Below are positions 30,701 to 39,487 of a DNA stretch of 64,000 nt, in pieces (positions within the stretch are counted from its first letter, which is position 1; every line of letters begins with the position of its first letter). A program made the translations under genes and the position numbers. Under the pieces are notes generated by a model, which saw only the letters and a program-made list of their open reading frames with translations, had not been told where the DNA came from and searched no databases. The DNA lies in contig CAZVGK010000015.1 in NCBI GenBank assembly GCA_964626665.1, positions 1 through 64,000 on the forward strand, written 5' to 3'. Source of the DNA: an uncultured Gemmatimonadota bacterium. GTDB taxonomy: Bacteria > SM23-81 > DAOVCL01.

Positions 30701-30847
30701 CTCGGCCAAGGCAAAAGGATGAAGGCGGGATCTTGGTTTCCTTGGCCGCCTTCCCTTCCGCTTTGAGGCAGAGGTTGGGAGGTCGGAGGATTCGGCCCAG
30801 AGGCCCAATTTGCCTGAGTTATCCCAGATGGAATGGAGAACTAACAT
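27746..30847 (-). CDS. SNF2-family helicase with DUF3670-type region
   Basis: LADDMGLGKT, LDEAQNIKN, TGTPVEN, GLNLTAANHV, WNPAVENQATDRAFRIGQ. Confidence 0.95.
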   Translation of the reverse strand: MLVLHSIWDNSGKLGLWAESSDLPTSASKRKGRRPRKPRSRLHPFALAEEELKGALEDLSPRIPWKSAAWQVTPILLPSSPQGPLPSPWLIREEPMETMKETDLLPWDVPFLKADPDLALKFLLSLSSQSPHGVAFSDSLRFWMEVAKFSLQLIIKGQYAPTISEKIEDGKRYLQARWEAVIGGGEAERIFYLTEAMPPICRLLPGRSPLPSELLLSFLHRTLDGFVRRSLNPGSFFSPRKGHKPTLAERLLEALSSTDPTIKASDKEILPFLEKARPWLSQVKPADSGAPFRTCFRLDPPVDDQEKEWKISFWLQAKDDRSLLVPAEKVWRSRSRVVTFLKRRFENPQERLLADLGRASRLFPTIEESLQTPRPVELKMKTEKAYAFLRQSAPLLEESGFGLLLPSWWQKRRNKVGIKLKLTLPKSSTGTSSGLLGLNGIVSYDWEVAIGEETLSPEEFEKLSSLKVPLVKVRGEWVELRREEIESAIAFFQKRHGDGQMELGEAMRLGLGGQEPAVGLPVVGVVAEGRLNDLLQRLSDDVQLTPLKPPRAFQGKLRPYQVKGLSWLVFLKEFGLGACLADDMGLGKTIQLIALLLHERKNKKAKPGPTLLICPMSVVGNWQREVERFAPSLRVMVHHGPNRLTGRTFKREAKKNDLVLSTYALAYRDQETFSAVHWENIGLDEAQNIKNPSAKQTQAIRKLKANHRIALTGTPVENRLSELWSIMEFLNPGYLRSAKDFRTNFALPIEKYRNPQRAQSLRRIIQPFVLRRLKTDPKVIKDLPKKMEMKVFCNLTSEQASLYEAVVKEMLEKIENSEGIERKGLVLATLMKLKQICNHPALFLQDGSILLGRSGKLKRLEEMLEVVLAEEDKALIFTQFSSMGGILHRYLQEKLGCEVIFLYGSTPKRQRDNMVERFQNDRRGPSLFILSLKAGGLGLNLTAANHVFHFDRWWNPAVENQATDRAFRIGQTKNVEVHKFVCIGTLEERIDQMIELKKELAEKIIGAGEGWLTELSTNQLREVFTLSKEAVSD

Positions 30848-30975
30848 AGGGGAGGTAAGATTGGCAAGTCAATTTGAAACTACTATCTCGGACTTGGCTT
30901 ATCATACAAATTTGCAGGGGATTTGACATAAAGCGGTCAGATTAGGGGCTCTGACCGCTCGCTTTTGATAAAGAG

Positions 30976-31049
30976 CGGGGTCGACCGGACTTGAACCGGC
31001 GATCTCTGGCTTGACAGGCCAGTGTGTTAACCAACTACACCACGACCCC
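30976..31049 (-). tRNA. tRNA-Asp(GTC)
   Basis: GGGGTCG acceptor, CTGGC-CTGTCAA-GCCAG anticodon arm, GTTCAAGTC T-loop; CCA not encoded. Confidence 0.96.
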
Positions 31050-31288
31050 ATATATAAAAATTGGGACATACGGCCGATAGGCTTCGTTCAAGGAAAGATA
31101 ATATGTCTCCTCTTAATTAGCAAGCTTTTTTTCTCCCCCTTCAAAAGACACTCAGTGAGGTAGAAGGCCTGATGGTCAGGGGAATTAAGCGGATACTTAA
31201 AACTCTAAAGAAAAGAACACTGATCCGTTCCCAAAGGGCCCCTAATCACATCGAGATAGGGTTCCCCGGCCTATGTAAATTGTGACTT

Positions 31289-31322
31289 GGCGTTTCGGAA
31301 TTCCTAAGAATTCCGAAACGCC
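31289..31322. repeat. Perfect 15-bp inverted repeat between the tRNAs
   Basis: GGCGTTTCGGAATTC-CTAA-GAATTCCGAAACGCC. Confidence 0.8.
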
Positions 31323-31468
31323 GGGGGTTGTTTGAAGGGGGTATGCCTCCTTCAAAGGTGACAGCGGAGCAATCCGAGCAGGCGGAGGATTACGGAGCGC
31401 CATAGGGCCGGTGAGGCCCTCTGGAGAAGTTAGCGACCGAAGGGAGCTAAGTTCGAACTCAGGGTCAG

Positions 31469-31543
31469 TGGGCGATACTGGATTCGAACCAGTGACCTTC
31501 TGCTTGTAAGGCAGACGCTCTCCACCAACTGAGCTAATCGCCC
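31469..31543 (-). tRNA. tRNA-Val(TAC)
   Basis: GGGCGAT acceptor, TCTGC-CTTACAA-GCAGA, GTTCGAATC. Confidence 0.96.
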
Positions 31544-31580
31544 CGAGCTTGATTAGCCCAACAAACTATAAAGAAGAAAC

Positions 31581-31856
31581 TCAGCTTCCTTCGCTGGACT
31601 CCGTTTTCCTGAGCTTTTTCTTCCCCCTGGCCACAATAGCGATCGGGATGATCACGCAGTAGGCCCCCACAAGGAGGATGGGAGCCAGAGTAATAGATCC
31701 TAGGTTTAAAGCAATATAACCAATAATCAGGATAAAAATCCCGATGGCCATAAGAAGCCTGTTCTTGGAAGTGAATACTTCCTTTACTGCTGGCCTCTTT
31801 GGTGGAGGGGTTCTTTTCTCCTTTGGGGCAGCTTTGGTAACCTTCGGTTTAGCCAT
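31581..31856 (-). CDS. Small two-TM membrane protein (DUF3098-like)
   Basis: N..LMAIGIFILIIGY...ITLAPILLVGAY; start moved to ATG 31856, just after a TTGACA-17-TAAATT promoter. Confidence 0.7.
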   Translation of the reverse strand: MAKPKVTKAAPKEKRTPPPKRPAVKEVFTSKNRLLMAIGIFILIIGYIALNLGSITLAPILLVGAYCVIIPIAIVARGKKKLRKTESSEGS

Positions 31857-32573
31857 AATGGTTAAATTTAAGCTTTTCATGGCTGAATGTCAAGGGAAAA
31901 TGGTGGGGTTTCTGGCTGAAAACACCACAAATTTATATCGAAAATAGGGTGTAGGCAGCGAATATGAACAAATAGCCATCTTCATAAGGCAACTTCTTAA
32001 AATTTGTGTCAAGTTTTGGGGCCTGAAGAAAGAGGTGGACAATGAGCTTAGACCCAGGCTCCTTGGCTTCAGTTTTTTCATTCTTAATTCTAAATTCTTC
32101 ATTTTACATTCGAAGCTTCGCTAGAACAGGATAAGCCAAATCAATCATAGATTTCAATAGGGTTGGCTTGTCGTTCTCCGGATAAACGACAAAATCGAAG
32201 GGGGAATTCTGTTGGGGAAATGCCATCTCTCCTAAGGGGCAGGGCAACTAACATCATCAAAAAATCAGTGAGTCAATCAAACCCATCATTAGTTCCTGAA
32301 CAGACATCCTCTAACTTTCAAAAAATCTTATTCTATGCACGAATTTAACCTTGACAAAGAAAATGCGGTTTCGTAAATTTATCAAAGATGGTTATCCAAG
32401 TTTCTAGGAAATTTTATCAATTGGCTTTAACAGAAGATTAAATTCTAAACCGGAGATACAGGCAGAACAGTAAACTTATTCGACCTCAGTAGACAAAAGC
32501 ATCCTAAATGATGACGCACTTGCCAATAATGCCTTTGATCTAAAAGATTATCTGGAGAGAAAGGAGGAGTTTT

Positions 32574-33053
32574 ATGCTGAGAATTGACCCGAAGTGGCAT
32601 GAAACCAAGGAGACCTTGCTTGGAAAGGCTATTGAGTCTCCCCAACAGAGGGTAAGGGAACGATTTATCTGTCTCTTCCTGGTAGCTATTGGCATACCGG
32701 CCGTAGAAGTGGGAAAATTGATTGGCAGAAATCGAATGACTGTTGCTTCCTGGGTAAATAGCTTTAACCAGAAGGGACCGAAGGGTGTCACCCCTCTGTA
32801 TCGGGGCAAATCGAGGAGGATCCTTACCGAGGATCAATTAATCAAGTTGGGACAGGTAGTGAGAAGGTCTCCGAGGAATGCTGGATTTGAGAAAGTTCGC
32901 TGGAGCATAGACCTTTTGGCTGCTTTCATTGAAAGGGAGTTTGGTAAGAAGGTGCGGAACTCGACAATTCGAAGCTATCTTCGCCAGTCGGGTTTGGGGG
33001 CCAAGACTCTTCGCAGGAGAAAAGGCAGGATTAGGAAGCAGAAGACTTCCTGA
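32574..33053 (+). CDS. IS630-type helix-turn-helix protein without DDE domain
   Basis: TVASWVNSFNQKG.KG...RILTEDQ...RWSIDLLAAFIEREFG...STIRSYL; SD AGGAGG. Confidence 0.75.
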   Translation: MLRIDPKWHETKETLLGKAIESPQQRVRERFICLFLVAIGIPAVEVGKLIGRNRMTVASWVNSFNQKGPKGVTPLYRGKSRRILTEDQLIKLGQVVRRSPRNAGFEKVRWSIDLLAAFIEREFGKKVRNSTIRSYLRQSGLGAKTLRRRKGRIRKQKTS

Positions 33054-33127
33054 GCTTTAATCGAGGTTTTAATCCGAGTATCTTTTTGGAAGTAACCCTC
33101 GTTTGGTGATTACATTGGAGTTTTGTA

Positions 33128-33160
33128 TGGGGGGCAACTAAGTTTTATAGTTGCCCCCCA
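33128..33160. terminator. 13-bp hairpin after the HTH gene
   Basis: TGGGGGGCAACTA-N7-TAGTTGCCCCCCA. Confidence 0.6.
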
Positions 33161-33302
33161 ATTGAAACTTAACCTCCTTAGTCAGCAATTTAACAATTTA
33201 AATAGGTGTTAGCATAGACGAGGGGGCTGCCTTTTTATTAAAATCCTGGGGAGCGTAGGAGATCAAATAGGAAGTCCCCTCAAAACCAAAGGAGGTGAAA
33301 AA

Positions 33303-34175
33303 TTGAAAGGGAAAATTATTATCTGGATAGGTTTTTTGTCCTTTGTATCCTTGTTTGCGACCTACCCCTTAGCAAATGCCCAAGAGGAAGTGCTAAGCAA
33401 GACCCATCGGGAAGCCTTGCAAAGATATAACCAAGGGGTAGAGTATGTAAAATCTAAGGATTATGACAAGGCCATTGCTGAGTTTAAGGAATCTCTTCAA
33501 CTGGATCCCCAGTATGCTCAGGCCCATTATGCATTAGGTTTGGCCTACAGGAAAAAGTCCAACTTCAAGGAGGCCATTTCAGAATACAGCCGGGCGGTGG
33601 AAATAGATTCCAGTTTTGCCGATGCTTACTATAACTTAGGTCTGGCCTTAAGAGAGACAAAAAATTATAAGGAGGCCGTTTCCGCCTTCGAAAATGCAGT
33701 GAAGGTCGATTCCACAAATTATAAGGCTTGTTTTAGCTTGGGGTTAACCTATTACAATCTAAAAAAGAATAAAGGGTCCATAAGGGCTTATGAAAAGGCA
33801 TTGAAGATAAAACCCGATTACTATCGGGCCTATTATAATTTGGGAGTTGTCTATAGTAAGGGCGGGAAATTATCTCAAGCTATAGTTCAATACAAGAAGG
33901 TGACAGAAATTAAGCCCAGCCACTTTAATGCCCATTATAGAATGGCCGATGCCTATAACCAATTGGGCGAATATGATAAGGCAGTAACTGCTGCCCAGAA
34001 ATCTCTGAAATATAAATCAAACTACGCTCCTGCTCTGGTGGCTTTAGGGGAAGCCTATGAGAAGTTGGGAAAGATTCAGAAGGCCATTGACGAATTTCAG
34101 AAGGCAGCCAAAAACAGTAAATGGAAAACATACGCTGAGTATAAGATAAAGATACTTTCCGAGGAAAACCAATAG
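33303..34175 (+). CDS. Exported tetratricopeptide-repeat protein
   Basis: Signal peptide; about 7 TPR repeats (AHYALGLAY, AYYNLGLAL); SD GGAGGTG. Confidence 0.9.
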   Translation: MKGKIIIWIGFLSFVSLFATYPLANAQEEVLSKTHREALQRYNQGVEYVKSKDYDKAIAEFKESLQLDPQYAQAHYALGLAYRKKSNFKEAISEYSRAVEIDSSFADAYYNLGLALRETKNYKEAVSAFENAVKVDSTNYKACFSLGLTYYNLKKNKGSIRAYEKALKIKPDYYRAYYNLGVVYSKGGKLSQAIVQYKKVTEIKPSHFNAHYRMADAYNQLGEYDKAVTAAQKSLKYKSNYAPALVALGEAYEKLGKIQKAIDEFQKAAKNSKWKTYAEYKIKILSEENQ

Positions 34176-34194
34176 AATAGTTGACTTGCGCCAG

Positions 34195-34224
34195 GAAACC
34201 CGCAGGCAGAACCTGCGGGTTTCT
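34195..34224 (+). terminator. Hairpin after the TPR gene
   Basis: GAAACCCGCAGG-CAGAA-CCTGCGGGTTTC. Confidence 0.55.
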
Positions 34225-34244
34225 CTTAAGAACTGCACGAAGAG

Positions 34245-35981
34245 ATGATAAAACTAAAGGAAGTTTCTTATAGTTATCAAACAAAGGCGGGAGGATCTGT
34301 CTCTGCCCTTAAAGGGGTGGACCTGAGCATCGGGGAGGGGGAGAGGTTAGCAATTATTGGGCCAAATGGTTCGGGCAAGACGACCCTGGCCTGTTGCCTG
34401 AATGGGCTTCTGCGTCCCACCCACGGTGAGGTAAGGGTGGATGGTTTCCCAGTGGGTGATCAATCATCCACCTACCAGATCCGCAGGTTAGTAGGGATGG
34501 TCTTTCAAAATCCCGATAATCAAATAATCTCCACCACTGTAGAGAGGGAAATAGCGTTTGGGTTGGAGAATATTGGTCTGCCAGCAGAGGAGATAGGGAA
34601 GAGGGTGAAGTGGGCCTTGCAAACTTTCGGCTTGGAGGAATATAGGGATTTCAGTCCCTACCATCTCTCCGGAGGTGAAAAGCAAAGGCTCGCTCTGGCT
34701 TCTGTTCTGGCTATGAGGCCTAAATATCTCGTCCTGGATGAACCCACTTCTCTACTGGACCCCATTGGCCGCCAGGAGGTAATCCAAGTCATATCTCAAT
34801 TAAATAATTTGGGCATCTCCAGCCTTGTTCACATAACCCAGTTTCCGGAGGAGGCCCTGCTCTCTTCCAGGCTAATTGTCCTCTATCAGGGAAGAATCTT
34901 ATTGGATGGAGCTCCTGAGGATGTTTTCTCCCAAAGGGAGGTTCTCAGAAGGATTGGCCTCAAACCGCCGCCCCTTATGGAGTTCGTTGAGGAGCTTAGG
35001 GAGCAAGGCATTTGGCTGGAAGGCTCCTTATCCAGGAGGCCAGAGGAGCTTTTGCAGGTTCTCCTTGAGCTAAAGGGCAGGGAAAGCCTTAAAGGCAAAA
35101 CATTCTTTCCTGAGGAAAAGGTGGTTCGGCCAACGGTTGTAGAGACGAAGTCGCTCCGTTACATCTATAACCCGGGTCTTCCCAATCAGAAGGAGGCTTT
35201 AAGAGGGGTGAACCTGAGGGTGGGGGAGGGGGAGCTTATTGGCCTGATAGGCCCAACCGGGTCAGGGAAGACAACCTTGGCCCAACATTTTAATCTCCTT
35301 CTAACCCCCACCTCGGGTTTGGTTTCTCTCTTCGGCCAGAAGTTGAACGGGACTAACCTGCATGCCGTGAGAAAAGAAGTTGGATTTCTCTTTCAATTTC
35401 CAGAAAAACAACTATTTGAGGAGACTGTCTATAAGGATGTGGCCTTCGGCCCCAATAACCTGAAGCTTCCTCAGCAGAAGATAAAGGAAAGGGTGCAAGA
35501 ATCCCTGGAGATGGTTAAGTTAAACTATGATCAGTTTGCCTCTCGTTCCCCCTTTAGCCTGAGTGGAGGCGAACAGAGAAGGGTGGCCCTGGCTGGAGTG
35601 CTGGCGATGGAGCCTCAGCTCATCATCTTAGATGAGCCCACAGTGGGCCTTGATCCGGCGGGGAGCGACCTTGTAGCCGAAATCTTAAAGGAACTTCACC
35701 TCTCTGGCAAGACGGTGATCCTTATCTCCCATAATTTGGATTTCGTCTTTAGCCTGACCAACAGGGTTATCGCTCTTCAGCGGGGCAAAATCTATGCTCA
35801 GGGGCCGCCAGAGAGTTTTATGGATGATGAGGAGACCTTGCCTGGATTAGGCCTAAATCTGCCATCACTTAACTATATGCTATTTCTTTTGCGTAAAGCC
35901 GGATTTGGAATCGAGGTTACCCCATCCTCAGTCCAGGATACGGCAAGCCAGATAGCCGAGCAATTGCAAAAAACTGCTTGA
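34245..35981 (+). CDS. ecfA: Fused double ECF-transporter ATPase (EcfA1-EcfA2)
   Basis: Two ABC domains: GPNGSGKT/FQNPDNQ/LSGGEKQR and GPTGSGKT/FQFPEKQLF/SPFSLSGGEQRR. Confidence 0.9.
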   Translation: MIKLKEVSYSYQTKAGGSVSALKGVDLSIGEGERLAIIGPNGSGKTTLACCLNGLLRPTHGEVRVDGFPVGDQSSTYQIRRLVGMVFQNPDNQIISTTVEREIAFGLENIGLPAEEIGKRVKWALQTFGLEEYRDFSPYHLSGGEKQRLALASVLAMRPKYLVLDEPTSLLDPIGRQEVIQVISQLNNLGISSLVHITQFPEEALLSSRLIVLYQGRILLDGAPEDVFSQREVLRRIGLKPPPLMEFVEELREQGIWLEGSLSRRPEELLQVLLELKGRESLKGKTFFPEEKVVRPTVVETKSLRYIYNPGLPNQKEALRGVNLRVGEGELIGLIGPTGSGKTTLAQHFNLLLTPTSGLVSLFGQKLNGTNLHAVRKEVGFLFQFPEKQLFEETVYKDVAFGPNNLKLPQQKIKERVQESLEMVKLNYDQFASRSPFSLSGGEQRRVALAGVLAMEPQLIILDEPTVGLDPAGSDLVAEILKELHLSGKTVILISHNLDFVFSLTNRVIALQRGKIYAQGPPESFMDDEETLPGLGLNLPSLNYMLFLLRKAGFGIEVTPSSVQDTASQIAEQLQKTA

Positions 35982-36031
35982 CAACTGAAGTTCAATGGAT
36001 AAATATAGGGGAACTTAAAAAGGAGGAACGG

Positions 36032-36661
36032 ATGAGGTGCAAAACTATTTGTTTAATTCTGTTTCCTGTTCTTTTTCTGGGAATGGCTGTCCCCAGGGCA
36101 TCTGGAATTACAGGCCTCGGCTTTGGCCTGAGGGGTGGAATTATATCCAGTCTGGATGATCCGAATACAGATGAATCAATTGATAACCTTCCCTTCATTG
36201 GAGCCCATCTGAAGATAGGCACCCTGCCCATTATTGATTTCGAAGCGGATGTGTCATATGCCAAAAAGAGCTATAAACCAACTATAAAGGTGATCGTAGG
36301 AGGTATCACAGTTGAGAAGAAAGTGGAAACTGACTATCATGACCTTTCTCTGAACGCCTCGGCCAAATACGGTCTTCCTCTCTCTCTGGTGGTGGTAAAA
36401 CCCTATATCGGAGCAGGGATGGGAGTTCATCTTTTGGGATCCACCCTGCATATCATCGAAGGGCAAGATATTAGAGGTGAAGAGATAAAGCCCGATTTTT
36501 CCTCCAGCAAGAACGGATACCACTTCTTGGCTGGCCTGAAGTTCCATATCCCAATGATTCCCTTTGACCTCTTTGCCGAGGGGAGGTATACGGTTATTCA
36601 AACCACACCAAAGACAAAATACAACTCCATTTACGCTGGGTTTACCCTGAATCTGCCTTGA
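36032..36661 (+). CDS. Outer-membrane beta-barrel protein
   Basis: Start moved to ATG 36032 (SD AGGAGG); signal peptide; KPYIGAGMG, FAEGRY, terminal beta strand. Confidence 0.8.
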   Translation: MRCKTICLILFPVLFLGMAVPRASGITGLGFGLRGGIISSLDDPNTDESIDNLPFIGAHLKIGTLPIIDFEADVSYAKKSYKPTIKVIVGGITVEKKVETDYHDLSLNASAKYGLPLSLVVVKPYIGAGMGVHLLGSTLHIIEGQDIRGEEIKPDFSSSKNGYHFLAGLKFHIPMIPFDLFAEGRYTVIQTTPKTKYNSIYAGFTLNLP

Positions 36662-36759
36662 GTTTGAGGATTTAACGGTGGAATTATCTGAGCGGTCAGA
36701 CCTTCTGATCTGACGGAGGCAGAGCGGGTTTCTGCCACCTCGTTTTTAGTTGAGGGGGG

Positions 36760-37686
36760 TTAACGACGGGATAACGGACAGGTAGGAAAAGAGAGGTTCT
36801 TAAGGTGTTTGGCTATGAGGGAGTTTAAATACTCCCTCTTCTTTTTCTCGTTATACATTATGGCAAACCTTTCGGCGTTGTATCTGCTCCCCCAGTAATA
36901 TCTTGACCAGACAAAAAGATATAGTGCTGATCCCTCGTAATAACGTCTGTCCTTTATCGCCTTCAAGGTAAGGTAGCCGAGGGTGCTATTTAAAATCGCC
37001 GAGATTAACCCTTGTTCTATCTTTCCGCAGTAGATCTGCCCTGCCCCAGGCAAAAATGTGGAGAGCCAATTAGCCACTTGGGGTGATCTTCTGGGCAGAT
37101 CCAATCCTTGTCTTGATTCCTGCACCAATAAAGATGCCTGGTAGCTATAGAAGTTTTTGACTTTCCCTTTTGCTGTTTCTGCAAATTCATTACAGGCTCG
37201 CTCAAAATTGTATTCCGAGAGTAAGTTCCACCCCTTCCAGAACCTAAGCTCTGTGATCTGACTATCCTTTTGCGAATAGGTCAAAAGATCGTTAAACTCC
37301 AATTCAGCTAAGTTGTTCTTACCTTCCCTCATATAGGATTTGGCCAAGGTGAGTTGTGCCTCGCATTTCACATTAGAAAGGGCCTTCTCATCATTTAGTA
37401 TCCCCTTTAGATAGTTTCTGCCCAATTCTCCGTTCCCCGTAGCCAAGTGACTCAATCCAATTTTGTATCTGGTATACGAAACCAACTTGCTCTGGGGATA
37501 GAGCCAGCCAAACCGTAGATATTCTGTTATTGCGGCCTCGTAAATCCCCTTCTGGAAAAGTGACTGAGCAGAGGAGTAGACCTCAGATTCTGATTGAGCC
37601 TGACACAACCCCTGCACAGGCCCAGCTATGATTAGCAGAAGCAAAATTAGCGGAGCAGTCGCCTTAGCTGCCAAGGGATTACTCAT
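36760..37686 (-). CDS. TPR (BamD/YfiO-like) protein with C-terminal membrane domain
   Basis: Signal peptide; AITEYLRF TPRs; LSTFLPGAGQIYCG motif. Confidence 0.75.
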   Translation of the reverse strand: MSNPLAAKATAPLILLLLIIAGPVQGLCQAQSESEVYSSAQSLFQKGIYEAAITEYLRFGWLYPQSKLVSYTRYKIGLSHLATGNGELGRNYLKGILNDEKALSNVKCEAQLTLAKSYMREGKNNLAELEFNDLLTYSQKDSQITELRFWKGWNLLSEYNFERACNEFAETAKGKVKNFYSYQASLLVQESRQGLDLPRRSPQVANWLSTFLPGAGQIYCGKIEQGLISAILNSTLGYLTLKAIKDRRYYEGSALYLFVWSRYYWGSRYNAERFAIMYNEKKKREYLNSLIAKHLKNLSFPTCPLSRR

Positions 37687-38956
37687 TGCCTATATCTACC
37701 TCTTTGAGTTTCCCCTCTATTTGGTTCTGGAGGCAGTTTTGTGCCTGATCGTTGAATATTTTAGCCCCCTTAATGGAGCCGTAGATGTCCCCGGAATAGA
37801 AAAAGAGGCTCATTGCTCCAAAAATGAATGATTGTGAGGGGTGGTGATGAAGATAATAATATCTGCTGGCGTAAGCAGTTCCAGCTATTAGCATAAACGA
37901 GTAAAATGCATCCCCAAATCTCCGGCAATATGCCCTTCCCGATCCCGGAAGCAGGGATGAAAAAAGGCCAGCCAGTGCCGAATTTCTCTGGGGAAGGCTC
38001 TCTCCCTTCTGAGTTAAGTTAGCAATCTCCCAGAAATGGTTTGCCCTACTATGGTCGGGAGGGAAATTGGCCATTTTTTTAAAGATGAGAGAAGCTTTAT
38101 GCCAATCCTTTTTTCTCAACCAGGACCAGCCGATCATATAATCCAACTTCGACTGCCAATCCTTGGATTTTACCTCATTCCTTAACTGCGTAAAGATATG
38201 AATTGCTCGCTTATAGTCGCCCAAGAGGAAATAGGAATATCCCAGGTGAAACTTTACCTGCTTGATTAGTTTCCCTTGCGGATAAATCTTCTCCCATCCT
38301 TTGGAGTGGTCTATAGCCGAGCGGTATCTCCCCTCTTTCTGTAGACAGATCCCTATTTTAAAATTTGCCTCCTCGGCTCGAGGAGCCTGAGGGGATAGGT
38401 AGATAAACCTTTGATATTCGGTGTAGGCTCGGCGGTAATCTCCCATCCGGTAAAGATACTCCGCAAATCCCCAGATCCCAGCAGGTTGATAGCTGTTTGG
38501 CTTTCCCAGGGGAAGGGGCTCCGTTAGCTCGGATTTTTTGGAGGGGACTTCAGGTTTCTGTTTCCCCCAAAGGAGGTGGTTTTCCACCGGGTCATAGAGG
38601 TGTCTTTTATCATTCGCCAAAGGATAATGACCCCTGGCCCAATAGTTGCACCTTTGCAGCCTATCTGGGGTCATCAAAAGACCTCTTAAAGCCCCATACC
38701 TTTTGAAGGCCTGGAAGGAGAAGTGAGAACAGGTGGGGTGGAAGTTACAGGCAGGCACGGACTGAGGAGAGAGAACTTTCTGGTAAAATCTAATTGCCCC
38801 CAAGGGGATGAGGGCAAAAGGTGAGGTTCCTTTTGCTCTTGGCGCATTTAGGGAGTCCCCTGGGAAGGCTCCCATAGCTTTGGCTCCTCCTGGAGATAAG
38901 AGGAGCCCCAATAGACAAAGGGAGATTATTCCCTTTTTGCTGGCCGTTGTCCTCAT
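37679..38956 (-). CDS. YidD-like (haemolytic domain) + TPR + membrane domain fusion
   Basis: FYQKVLSP....CNFHPTCS...YG...G....DRLQRC; TPRs; SSLLPGSGRAYC. Confidence 0.8.
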   Translation of the reverse strand: MRTTASKKGIISLCLLGLLLSPGGAKAMGAFPGDSLNAPRAKGTSPFALIPLGAIRFYQKVLSPQSVPACNFHPTCSHFSFQAFKRYGALRGLLMTPDRLQRCNYWARGHYPLANDKRHLYDPVENHLLWGKQKPEVPSKKSELTEPLPLGKPNSYQPAGIWGFAEYLYRMGDYRRAYTEYQRFIYLSPQAPRAEEANFKIGICLQKEGRYRSAIDHSKGWEKIYPQGKLIKQVKFHLGYSYFLLGDYKRAIHIFTQLRNEVKSKDWQSKLDYMIGWSWLRKKDWHKASLIFKKMANFPPDHSRANHFWEIANLTQKGESLPQRNSALAGLFSSLLPGSGRAYCRRFGDAFYSFMLIAGTAYASRYYYLHHHPSQSFIFGAMSLFFYSGDIYGSIKGAKIFNDQAQNCLQNQIEGKLKEVDIGNE

Positions 38957-39025
38957 CTATAAGGAGAGAGGTAAGGAATATCATCCTTACCTCTCTCATC
39001 ATCAGGTTAAATTGTTGATTTTAAT

Positions 39026-39469
39026 CTACTTCTTAAGCTTCTCCTCTTCCTCAATCTGGGTCATTGTCTGGCCATTTAAGGCCTCTATGCTAATCATAGC
39101 AATGGAGACCCAGTTCACTACAGGGACCAAAAGTAACCACTCCTTGGTCCTGATCTTTCTCTTTTTTAGCTCATTGCCCACCCGGGGGCCAATACAGACA
39201 TTTGCCAAACAGCCCCCTGGACCGGCTGCTTTCCACCCCTCCGATCCAGACCAGACCAGACCAGCAGGGCTAAAGACTAACCTAACCCATTCTACAGTCC
39301 TCACCTGTTGCCCTTCATTCAACTCCAGGCCAACCCTGGGCCCCAAACAGCAGCTCGCTAGAAATGGGCCAACGCCTCCCTTCTTGTCCTGATCCTGAGT
39401 AACAGCCGCAGCATAGCTAAATTGGGCTAAAAAAAGCAGAGTCAGACCAGCAACAATAAATTTCTTCAC
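39026..39469 (-). CDS. Exported/membrane hypothetical protein with an internal repeat
   Basis: ASCCLGPRVGLEL / ANVCIGPRVGNEL; GTG start with SD GGAGGTG. Confidence 0.75.
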   Translation of the reverse strand: MKKFIVAGLTLLFLAQFSYAAAVTQDQDKKGGVGPFLASCCLGPRVGLELNEGQQVRTVEWVRLVFSPAGLVWSGSEGWKAAGPGGCLANVCIGPRVGNELKKRKIRTKEWLLLVPVVNWVSIAMISIEALNGQTMTQIEEEEKLKK

Positions 39470-39487
39470 CTTTTCACCTCCTTTCCA

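Noticed and set aside
32480-32560. GACAAAAGCATCCTAAATGATGACGCAC as a c-di-GMP riboswitch
   Set aside because: Only superficial similarity; no second stem could be built
35978-36031. TTG starts in the ORF track at 35978 and 56754
   Set aside because: Both are the TTG of TTGACA -35 boxes; SD-supported starts lie downstream
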